Assembly (NCBI GenBank): GCA_036172245.1
Contig: JAYWIR010000061.1
Coordinates: 310,001-374,000 of the forward strand
Length of the DNA: 64,000 nt
Reading direction: 5' to 3'
Origin: Raillietiella orientalis
Taxonomy: Eukaryota
In this document: positions 54,001 to 64,000 of the stretch, one piece after another
Position numbering within the stretch: position 1 is the stretch's first letter
How the letters are laid out: each line of letters opens with the position of its first letter
The notes under the pieces: model-generated
The model's database searches: none
Told to the model about the DNA's origin: nothing
Seen by the model: only the letters and a program-made list of their open reading frames with translations
Position numbers and translations under genes: made by a program

Positions 54001-55184
54001 GATTCTCTTAGTGTTTTGTAGGCGCTCCGGGCAGGCCAGTTTCCATTTATAATTCCAGTAATTCGTGCTTATTAAGCTATGCAAGGAATGCAAAAGATGA
54101 CAGTTTTGACGCGTAAACCGGAAATTGTGCGGAAAAACGCTGCTGTCTCATTCGGAATTTCCCCGTGCATCGATTCAGTACGTTGCACTTACCTTACTTG
54201 TGGTTCAAAAATGAAGCTCTTACATTTCTGGACTGCTTCACTTCTCATTCACGCTGTCATACCTCTCATCCAATTTCTGACAGTCATTTTCTCAGAGAGA
54301 AGTCGGGGAGAAAGAATAAGTAAGGTCGTGATGTCGTGTAAAGACATGCAAATTTTGACTTCACGCAAGTTTTCCACATAGACGAGAACACGTTTCTCGG
54401 AAACAAGGCTATCAATGGTCGTGTTGCAGACGTCGCCCTTACCCGAAACAAGGCCCTCAACTTCCGCTGTCGTTTGCGAAATGCTGTCGCGTTGTCATTC
54501 TCCGACGTGACATACGAATCAGCGAAATGAACGAAACAGATCAGCTGTTGCATGCTGTGCGATGCTCACTTTTTCAAGAATCAGTATTGAATTTAAACAT
54601 TTGCAGTTGATTTCGTTAGAAAAAACTTTACCTCGTCCCATTCTCAACGAGCTAATAACCTTGGGTCGCTTGTGGCCTGTGTGTTTCGAAGAAGAGCTGC
54701 TAAAGCCCCTACTCGGAATCAGACCTTTGGGAGATTGTCAAGCAGACGTCATTCTGAAAATATTGAACAGTGGTTTTTCTGAAAGTTTACTGACAGATTT
54801 GCTGAGGTTTGTTCCCTCTCATTCAATCATTATTGTTAATCATTGTTTTTCCCCTTCCCCTCTTGTATTTTCTCCAGATCCATCTACATTAAAGAACAGT
54901 CAGTCTGGGATGATACTGCCTGCTGCTTTGCCGAATGTATACTAAAGCAGGTGTCGATCACCGAGAGCGATGTTTCGGAAATATGTCGAATTTTGTCAGA
55001 AAACAACGAAACACTGAAAAGCAGCCCGAAATTCATCAAAGTTATACAGTGCCTGATTCAGTGCCATGGACACCTTATTGATGCTCGTTGCCGCCATTAC
55101 ATCGAAATAGCCATCTCCGAGTTGCCGCCCTTAGCTCGTGTTGGCATAGATAAAATTTTGCAAAAGAAATGCAAACCATCATAA
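48080..55184 (+). CDS. FANCE: Fanconi anemia group E-like protein (FANCE C-terminal domain); exons: first exon uncertain (ATG 48080), 48292-48888, 54607-54806, 54878-55184
   Basis: LRAILLDK/LISLEKTLPRPIL...LLKPLLGIRPLGDCQADVI...WDDTACCFAECIL...KSSPKFIKVI...ARVGIDKILQK is colinear with the recalled human FANCE C-terminus (RSLFLGRILSLTSSASRLL...LLDPVLQAPGTGPAQTELL...WKEETFLVLQSLL...TSMAYAKLM). Splice phases 0 and 2 are consistent. Confidence 0.75.
51180..51235. repeat. Four near-tandem copies of TTGGTTATATC(A)
   Basis: Copies start at 51180, 51196, 51208 and 51225, with irregular short spacers. Confidence 0.85.
54394..54436 (+). repeat. 43-bp inverted repeat, copy A (FANCE intron)
   Basis: TTCTCGGAAACAAGGCTATCAATGGTCGTGTTGCAGACGTCGC is the exact reverse complement of 55742-55784. 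Confidence 0.95.
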
Positions 55185-55226
55185 TCACACTCATGCGTTT
55201 ACTTATCAAATACGTTTTGAACATGT

Positions 55227-58200
55227 CTACACATTCGACGCCGTGAAAAAAGATTCGTATGCTGCAAAGGTTATCGCTATGCTCATCTCCACTTGCATGT
55301 GGATGAGATGCGTGAGCTCGTCTCTGTGCTCTGGTTCATTTTGGGTACTCATCGTCATTTCATGAGTGCTGAGGATACGGGAACCCATGACCTCCCAAAA
55401 TGTTTTCACTAATCTTGCTTTGTCCTTCAGATTATCCATCAGCCCCAGAACTTTTTCGAAAACGTCCAGAACTTCCAGCGTTCGCACCTGCAAAAGTAGG
55501 TCTTTGTGTAACATAAGATTAGATGCAGGTTGTGTGAGTTGTGCATTGTGGTGTGATGATGGGTTATGAGCGTGCTAGGCTGTGCAGTATCGTCTTTTAG
55601 GCGAGTTCCTTATAAGGCGTGTATGCACAAATTGCGAGAACGCTGCTATAAGAGTCCTCTGTTGATCACGTTGCTCGCAGATCGGAAATATTACTTGCAT
55701 TCACTTTTTTACTGGCCAGTGCTATAGCAACTAGGAGGTTAGCGACGTCTGCAACACGACCATTGATAGCCTTGTTTCCGAGAATGGGAACCGCTATTCC
55801 ATGTCCACTAAGATACAGTAAAGTTCCTATGTTAGCTAATGACCAGTCTTCCGGAATCGCTGTTGAAAGAAGTAGAAGAAGAAAGCTTGGTCCTCCTTAC
55901 CTGTTAAATCCTCAACCACGCAGATAAGATCATCGTCTGTCCATTGGCCATTTGCATGCATTAACCGGATGATTTGTGCGAGCTCGCCAAATATTTCCAT
56001 ATCATTTCCTGGAAAATTCACGGATGTAGTCTCTTCCCAAGATAATCCTTGTAAAAATGACAATTTATAAAAAAAATTGTACATGTCATTGCTTCATTGT
56101 GCATACAAACAATTATTCCTATAAACTTTCATGTACATTACATTACATTTTCATCTACAGCAAAATTAACAAATGATGAGATAAACAGGAGCAGTGTTTG
56201 TAGTAAGAATATCATATACCGTTATATCTATGGAATTATAAAATTAACTGAGACGTTATGCTACAAAACGTCTCAATTTTCTAAAGGAGTCATCATTTGT
56301 AGTAATTTGCAATATGTGATTGATTTAGTGAATTTTCATCTGAAGACGAGACACATAATAATAATACAGGCTGGTTTTGATTTCGATGTTTTGTCTATCG
56401 GCGTGTTGTTGCTGAAGAGTTCTTACAGATTTCGGAGGTTCCATTGCTCTATGAAACGCTCTTTGTCCGGAGCGAGAAATTGCATCAACTGATAAATCCA
56501 AAATATCCGCTAAATAAGTAGAGGAGGTTAAGCATAGATTTCACCGTTGTTTTTTTGCTTTTTAGAGTCTGCGTCTCCATAGTTACACCTCCGGACCCTT
56601 TTGATAAGCTCGTGAGGCAAAAGCAGAGTACTGCCCTCACTCACTCTTTCAAAACTTTGGTGGTCTTCTGAGTTCAGTGGAAATGTAGGGGCCTCGTTTT
56701 CTTTGCTGATGCTTTGCCGGTTCGTTACTACCGCTTTCTCTCAGCAACACAGCTTTGAACATGATGTCGGCTGCCAAGTGGGTCCATCTTCCAGAGGACG
56801 TTAGGAGCGAGATCACCGGCATCCATAGCCGGTTCTGAATGAAAGGAACGGCCAAACCAAAAACCTCTCCTCTACCTTCCCCATATCTTTATTTTTATTT
56901 TTTATATTTTGTATTTGTGGTCCCCTCACTCCAGTTCCGGACTTTCGGTTTACCGACCTGCGTGTCAGGGATCCCCTTCCCTTCGTTTCTTCTGTGTCCT
57001 TTGTCCGGGAACTCTGTTCCTGGATAGTTTAGGAATAAACGCCCCGGCGCACCCGGGTGAGAAACAGCTTTGTACAGCAGGAGTCCAACTTTAGTTACGA
57101 TGAATTAGTAGGTGAATTTCTTTGTTGAGCCTTTTATTTTAACTCCTATTGAAATTTACTTATTTTTAGATTACACACTTGCTTTCTTGCATTAGTCTGT
57201 TTCCTTCATTTCTTCAGCTTATGCTAATCTTTTCAGTGCGGGCTGACTATCCATGTGTTTTCTCACCAGACTCAATGACATTCTTGCATTGCGTTCCCCA
57301 AGACCACTTTATCGGACTGTATTTGAAAGTTTTATGTTCATTCGCAAGATTTTTTCCACTCTTAACATTTTTGTGTTCTCCCTTGCAATCCCAGACTGTC
57401 CTGTATTTACTTTATTTACTGTGCTCACATGTGCACTTCTTATTTCAGTGGTTTGCTTATTTTCCATTTTGGGGCGCTTTACGTGCCGTTTCCATTTTAA
57501 TCCGATTATCATGAAATCTGATAATCTGGAATTTCGGAATCCCATTTTTCAATGTCTATGGCATGTATCGTTTGTTTTCAAACCCAAGTAAACAATTTTT
57601 TGTACTTCGTTAGGTGTGCTCTACAATGTTTTGAGGGATTTTAAGCCTGTAATTAGGTTACACTGTTTTTTTTTTTTTATTTCTCATCGTCGCATTGTGC
57701 TCTTATAGTCAGAGGCAGTTTTTGTACAAAAACTGATTTTGTTGAGAGGATCTGTTTCATTTAAACACATTTTAAAGGAGTTCGTAATTCAGTATATCCC
57801 TTTCGTTATGAGTTGAAATAAGCAATGCCATCTCCAGATTTATTAGTTTTTCATAGAAGAATTCTTTCACGCGTGACTTTCAGTGGAAATATTCCTTTCA
57901 GCACCCTTTTTGCATCTTCAGAAGTCCCTTTTCCTTATACCATTTATGATTGCTATACCATTAGATACTCTCAGTGATAATTAAGTATAAAGAAGGTTCA
58001 TGTTTGGTGCCTCGCAGCTTTTAGTGTTCGCGTAAGAAACTGCAGCAGAGATGAGCTAGTGTGAAATCAATTTATTTCCACTGAGATGAACCCTAATACA
58101 AACTATTATTTGTTATTTGCAATGCTACAGCACATCTTTCATGTTTACTATTTTCTGCATCTCTCTTTCTATTTAAGTTAATCGTATTTCCGAAGTACAT

Positions 58201-60797
58201 CGTATACGTTTCTTATGAGCTTCTCACATTTTTTAAATTTATTTCATTAGTCAAACACTCCGCCAGAAGAGGATGCAATCGCACAGTTTTCGTTTGTGAA
58301 AAGCACATCATCAGTAAACTTTACATGAGCAATGGTGAGAGATTTCACTTTTCCTGAGTAGAAAGCAAAGGCTCTTTTAGTTTTTAGGATTGGGAATATT
58401 ACAATCGATTTCAAGAAAAAAAACAAAAAAAACCTATAGTAACCAAATCATTGCGACAAGTGTAGTTATGTACGATGATGATCAAAATAATTAAAAAACA
58501 AAAAAACAAGAATTGACCATTGTGTTCTAAGCCATTGACCATTGCTTGAAATGATGGGGATTCGCAAGAAATTAGCAAGGAAACAGGAGCGAAAAATCGT
58601 AATCGCTTAGATACATTTAACACGATCGCAAATGTTCATTTGATACTCGAGGTCATTTCGGAAGTGTTTACATTTGAACCCGTATTGCTTGGGATGAACG
58701 CTCAGCTTGCAAATGTATATGAATTCTTAGTCTATTATCATATTATTATTTGCGTGTTCGCATTTCCACAAGGCAAGCACATTGCATATTAAAATCAAAC
58801 AGTCGAACTAATAGCAATATTTCAAATAAGTTAATCATAATAAATCTTTGATTACTTAAAAAGCGGCTTTTGTATTCTGATGCACACACATGCTGTAAGA
58901 ATGTTTTGACCGGGTTTAGAAAATACTCCTGGAATGATCCATCTGTTGCCTACGACTCCAAGGATTATTTGTGAGTTCATTTTCCGTCTAAATATGAGAA
59001 ATCAAGTTTTCAGGGGGAAAAGCGTACAAGTTTTTCCCTCAAATTTCAATGCACTTGCCTAATGCCGCAGATCGGTAATTTCAAATTAAAAAAAAAAAAA
59101 CATATATCTTGTAATCAAGCATTTACAATCAAATTGTAAAGAAATCAAATTATAAATAATATTTCAGAAAAGTCATTTGAAAGGATGATATTTTGCCCCA
59201 ACACCTAGCTATAAATAGGAAATGGTAGTCCTCAAAAGTACCACATAACCATAGTAAAAGTGCATCCATAGTTACGGTTTCGAATAATAATTTGGAAAAG
59301 TAGTTCTTACAAAAATGATTGCATTTTCTATGAGATAGAAGCTCTCTTTAAAACAACGAATTCAGGTTCGTGAAAAATGAAATGAAGTTTTTCCCTCTTA
59401 AGGACTCGATGTCTTTTGTACATAACTGAAATACTTTGGTGACAAGTGGTGCCTTATGAAAATGGTTCTATCACCATTCTCACAATACAATTAGACTGGA
59501 CATGCCTTACTGCCACACATCGAACTATATTTCGACTTGAGCCGATATTAGAGTTTGAGAGTCCTTTCCTCATTTACATAATGTTTTTTTTTTTTTTTTT
59601 TTTTATCAATTTTGGAATCAACTATACTTTCAGTTCATTTGTTTAACACTGTTGAATTCATCTAATATCGAAAAAGCAAAGCTATATAAGGTATAAAACC
59701 ATGACCACGAATTCAGTTTTCCCATACTGTTGACTGGCATGTTTGATCTGCAATTGCATTATCGTTCAAAATAATTTTTCTAATGGTTTGATGTTTTCAT
59801 GTTTTCATTAGAATTTCAACTATCGAGGGAGGATCATTCGACATCAATGGGCATTCAAAAAATATGTTAAAAATCTATTTCATGTTGTAATTTCATATAT
59901 TTCTTTGCTAGTTTATGAATAGTTGATTCTCTTTAATAATCTTTAATCAGTCTGTTTATTTACATGGAATTTTTGGATATGAATGTCAAAAAATCGTATT
60001 CTGATCAAAATAAAACGAGCATTTCGTAGTGGATTTCAGCAAATTTTGATTGGGTATTCAGACTAGTTTTATACTTCACAAGCAAAAACAATAATAGCTC
60101 TTAAATAGTATGTCAAATATTCTTCAGTTGATTTATAGTAAATTAACAACTAATGCCAGGAATTTCATCCCTAGAATTATCCACATGTGCTTCAGACACC
60201 ATAATGCATTCAATGCTTTAATTCATCAGTCATTTTAGATACGTTATGTACTTTCCTAGTTTGGCAAAAGTTTTTTCAGTAATCCCAGCAAGTATATGGC
60301 TATTTCATAAATTCTTACTACAACATTAGCGAGTCATCTCTAAGTCTCTAGTCTACATTCTCTAAAATCATCTATAAATCTCTAAGACTCTTTAAATTAA
60401 TCTACATTAAAAGTCATTGGTTTTCTATTTTGGAATACTATTAATCATTTATCGGATCTTTGTAAACGTCCTGAACAGTAGCTTAAATTATAAAACTATC
60501 GTTTAAAAGAAATGATATTTATATTTATCATTATTCGAAACAGAAAGTTTCCTTACTGGTTCCTATTCCTGGTCCGTAGAGAATAAATAGTAATCGTGCT
60601 TGGTTGATCATGGGATGGGGTTTAAATATTTTCGTTAGCCAGAATATCTTTTCTGATGGCGAGCTAGGGTCCAGGTACAATCGTCGGTAGTAATACCTAA
60701 CGATAAGTTCTTTTTCTGGGTGGACGTTCGGGCGTTGTTTCATCAGTGTGTGTACAACCCGGTTCATTCTGGAATAACCTTCCACACATTCGAAAAC
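55227..60797 (-). CDS. FBXO47: F-box only protein 47-like (PROM-1 family), 3' part; exons 60797-60557, 56047-55901, 55859-55705, 55487-55227; 5' exons not found in the window
   Basis: ELIVRYYYRRLYLD...IFWLTKIFKPHPMINQARLLFILYGP, ELAQIIRLM...WTDDDLICVVEDLT/AIPEDWSLAN..LLYLSG...KAINGRVADVANLLV and LTHLIHMQ match recalled FBXO47 blocks (FWLTRILKPWPMVNQARLLYIIFGP; WTADDVISLVDELS; SKAVNGR). Phases are consistent. Confidence 0.9.
55742..55784 (-). repeat. 43-bp inverted repeat, copy B (inside an FBXO47 coding exon, LGNKAINGRVADVA)
   Basis: Exact reverse complement of 54394-54436. Confidence 0.95.
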
Positions 60798-61735
60798 CTA
60801 ATTTATAATAAACATTAGAATTTCAGTAGAACAACTGACTGCTCAAGAGATCAGTTAGTATCAACAATCGTAATATCTGTCGTATTTCTTTTAACTGGGG
60901 GAAAATTAGTATTTTCAAGATTATTCCGAGAACCTCTGTAAGCCTTTTTTTTTTAAGAAAAAAAAATTCGGCACACTTTGCTTTATAAGTAAGGAATTCA
61001 AAAAAAAAAAAAATGATGATACAATGATTTTGGCAGTCCTATTACTAAAATCAAACAGACACGTTCATGTCTTGACACTCTTTTTTTTAATTTCTTTCAA
61101 ACTTTCAAATAGATTGAAATATGATTCTGTGTTTCAAGTCAGTTCTCACACCTCTCCGAACTGTGAGGAACAGGGATTTAGCCAATTGAAACTAATAAAA
61201 CAAAACACGAATTACTAGTACTTCTAAATCATTTACTTAGATATTTAATTTTTTTTTTAAATATCACTATAAAATAAAATTTATTAGCTTCAAGAATAAC
61301 TAAATCCTAAATTTCAATTTTATCTTTAAAGTGTTTGGATTAATTAGTTATTTTTGTGTAGTAATGAAGGTTTATAATGTAACAATTAGGAATTACTTTA
61401 TCCGTATGAATCATATATGGATTAATATGAACGTAAGCTTGTAAAAATTACCAGATTTAGACTTACAAATCACCGAATTTGGGGATCAAAGAACTGTGCA
61501 TGTTGTAATTTGCAATTTGATGTTCCCATACATACAAAATGTAAACGGAGGTTAAAAATTCTAATGGCCAAATGGAAAGCTGTTCAAGAAACTACGCATA
61601 AAATATAAAACAAGCGTAGTGTTGATGAAGAACTGTCTTCCTCATTTTCCTACAGTGAAAATTTTTGTTGAGATACTTGGTCCAAACAAACAGGAGTTTG
61701 GTCCAAACTAAAACTCCTGTTTCAAGTGAGAGTGC

Positions 61736-61993
61736 TTAACAAAACCCTTGCAGATTATCACCGTTGTTACGAACAAGAAAAAAAATGGCCATCATCAATG
61801 AATATTCTTCGTTAACGATGTTTAAAATGTTGTTCCAAAGCGTTTTCAGGAATCCAATGAAGTGTTTGTTTTCATATTTTTTGAAAGAATTCTCAAATTC
61901 TTCTTCAGCCACACGATAATGCATTATGCAAGTTTCACTATTATATTCTAATAAAATAATGAGGCATTCTATTTGTTGGATCTTTAGCGACAA
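61736..61993 (-). mobile_element. Possible Mutator-like transposase relic
   Basis: EEEFENSFKKYENKHFIGFLKTLW resembles the MULE 'EEEF...F..YL...W' segment. Nothing else supports it. Confidence 0.2.
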
Positions 61994-63916
61994 GAAAAGT
62001 GATGCTCCCGATAGTAAGTTCGATTTGTATTTTGTAACGTTTTCTGCTTTCTATTGCTTCTGTTCTTTCAGCACACCCCAAATCGTAAACTAAACGTTCG
62101 TTTTCGCTAAATTATAGACCCACGTTAATTATTCCTGAAATTTCGGCTCAAATGGCAAGAAGCAACGAAAACATCATCTTTGCTTTAAAACAGAATCAGT
62201 TGTTTTAATAAACTAGCGCTCATATTTCTAGCCAAATTTGATTTTAATGTCATTTTGTGATAATGTAATTTGCAAATTGCCTGATTTTGAGGACCAAATC
62301 CAAAAGAAATAAGTGCTTTTAATGAGGCGAATCTGAGCAAGACATTCATCTGGCATTTGTCAGCTATTATTTTAAACTTTACTATCCAACGTGAAATTGA
62401 GTTTCTGAAACTGAGGCAATGGATGCAAAAAATGCATTAAACGAAATCACGCAGAGACTTAACAGAAACACCGGGAATTCTGACGTAAATTTTGAAGTGA
62501 TCTACCGTCAGCTGGATTTTGGATATAGGTAGGGCGGGGCTAATTATTATGTCAATCCCAACCTAATTTTAAATTACAAAAAATGACTTCAAGAAAGATG
62601 CTTTAGAAGTCAGCTCAGTTTATATCAGTGAGCACTTCGCTCAACATTATCATAAGTTATGACACATATGAGAATACTTGGGCTATTTTACGGTCATAAA
62701 CACGTTCGACATTTGTATGTCATAGAACACACCAAGAAAGCAAACTACTCTATGGAACAGAAACTACTCTGAATTTGCACTTGCACATGCTTTGTGAGGT
62801 CAAACTCTGGCAATCAGTTTCTTTAGAGAATTCTAATGAATACACTGGAAATGAAACTCGTGAGGAAGATTCAAAAGAGCACTAGTGTCGATTAGTATTG
62901 TGTATAAGCTTAAAGCAATTCTGTGTTCAGCAGATCCCAAAAGATCAATTTAAGGAACTTAGCCATAATCAAGGAGTTTTAGAATTTTGGAATGGAGAGC
63001 AAAATGACGGAGATGAGATAAAGTGGACACCATCTAGTAGTTGTGGGTGTAACATCTTGTAAAGAACAATTTTTGTGTGAATAGCGGCATACACAAAAGT
63101 GAAACAAATACTCGAGAGGTATTCCCTTGCTCAATTGAATAAAATCAAGGTGATGTATCTTAATTGTATTAAAAAAGGAAATGCGATTTCTGCCAGTTCA
63201 GCGGAATAATATGTGACTCTGGTATAGTTAAAAAATAAAAGCAGTAAGACTTCAGGAATTGCAACATGGAAATGCTGTCTTAATATTCGCAAGGTAAAGG
63301 GTATGCAACTTTTTCACAATACTGCAATTTTTATATATTTCCTAAAGACCTTTTGAGGATATGTGTTTTCTAAATAAAATAATTCTTTCTTGGAAAGGAT
63401 TATTTGGCAAAGAATATTCACAGGCTGTTCCATGAAAATTTTACATTGAAAAAAGAATGATCTTCAAAGAATAAAAACAAGAATGGTTTCCTAATCCCAA
63501 AGTAAATTCTAAGGAAGTTAAAATTAGAGAACTATGAAAAGTCATTACCTAAGAAAGTCAATCGCTATCCATATCAAAAAAATTCAAAAGGAATTTCCAA
63601 TTAAAAAAAACAAATTCTTAGCAGTCAGTAACAGTAGAAAGAACGGGTCAGAATCTCGACTCCTGTGGGGATGCGAGTCCCTAGTTGATTAATCACGAAT
63701 GCGCATCTCCTAGATCAGCCAAATCACTCATTAAGAAAATATTTCAGTATTGGATATTTTATTTCATAAATTTAAACATTCGTTACAACGGATCATAAAG
63801 TCAGTTTTGTCCGTATTAAAAAAGTAGCAAGCTCGATTTTTTCCCCTCCGATCGACGAACGTTTTTCACGCGGATAATGTCAAAGAAATGCAAAAACACA
63901 AAAATTTGTGTACATA

Positions 63917-64000
63917 AGAGGCGCATCTCAAAAGTAAGGGCCGATCGGATAGAAAGGAAGAACAGATGAGAGAAACAAAAATGTATTGGTGGTTCTAAAC
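63917..64000 (+). mobile_element. Possible left end of a mariner element running off the window
   Basis: TA followed by AGAGGCGCATCTCAAAAGTAAGG resembles mariner TIR starts of the CGAGG....AAAAGTAA type. The partner TIR is not visible. Confidence 0.3.

Noticed and set aside
63658..63685. GACTC...GAGTC hairpin followed by CTAGT as a Helitron 3' end
   Set aside because: Stem only 5 bp, spacing atypical and no 5' end identified.

Overview
Eukaryotic, intron-containing DNA, probably a non-dipteran arthropod (inferred from the CK2-beta C-terminus, a kramer-type PH protein, and retention of FANCE and FBXO47). Five spliced protein-coding genes were assembled by hand. They are CK2 regulatory subunit beta (-, 3627-4616), the inactive myotubularin MTMR9 (+, 13688-15976), a large PH/coiled-coil scaffold of the PLEKHA5/6/7-kramer type (+, about 24337/36727-47860), a FANCE-like gene (+, about 48080-55184) and the 3' part of an FBXO47-like gene (-, 55227-60797, 5' exons not found in the window). 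Non-coding DNA holds DNA-transposon material: a hAT 5' end, Tc1/mariner and pogo relics, and a piggyBac-type non-autonomous element with both ends and TTAA sites. The most unusual features are: FANCE and FBXO47 stop codons only 42 nt apart, with a perfect 43-bp inverted copy of an FBXO47 exon fragment in the FANCE intron; a rod-like GAAA-capped hairpin inside the piggyBac element; a sharp GC-rich dome cutting across two genes; and introns as short as 39-47 nt. Most entries in the ORF track are spurious. Family assignments come from recalled motifs, not database searches.
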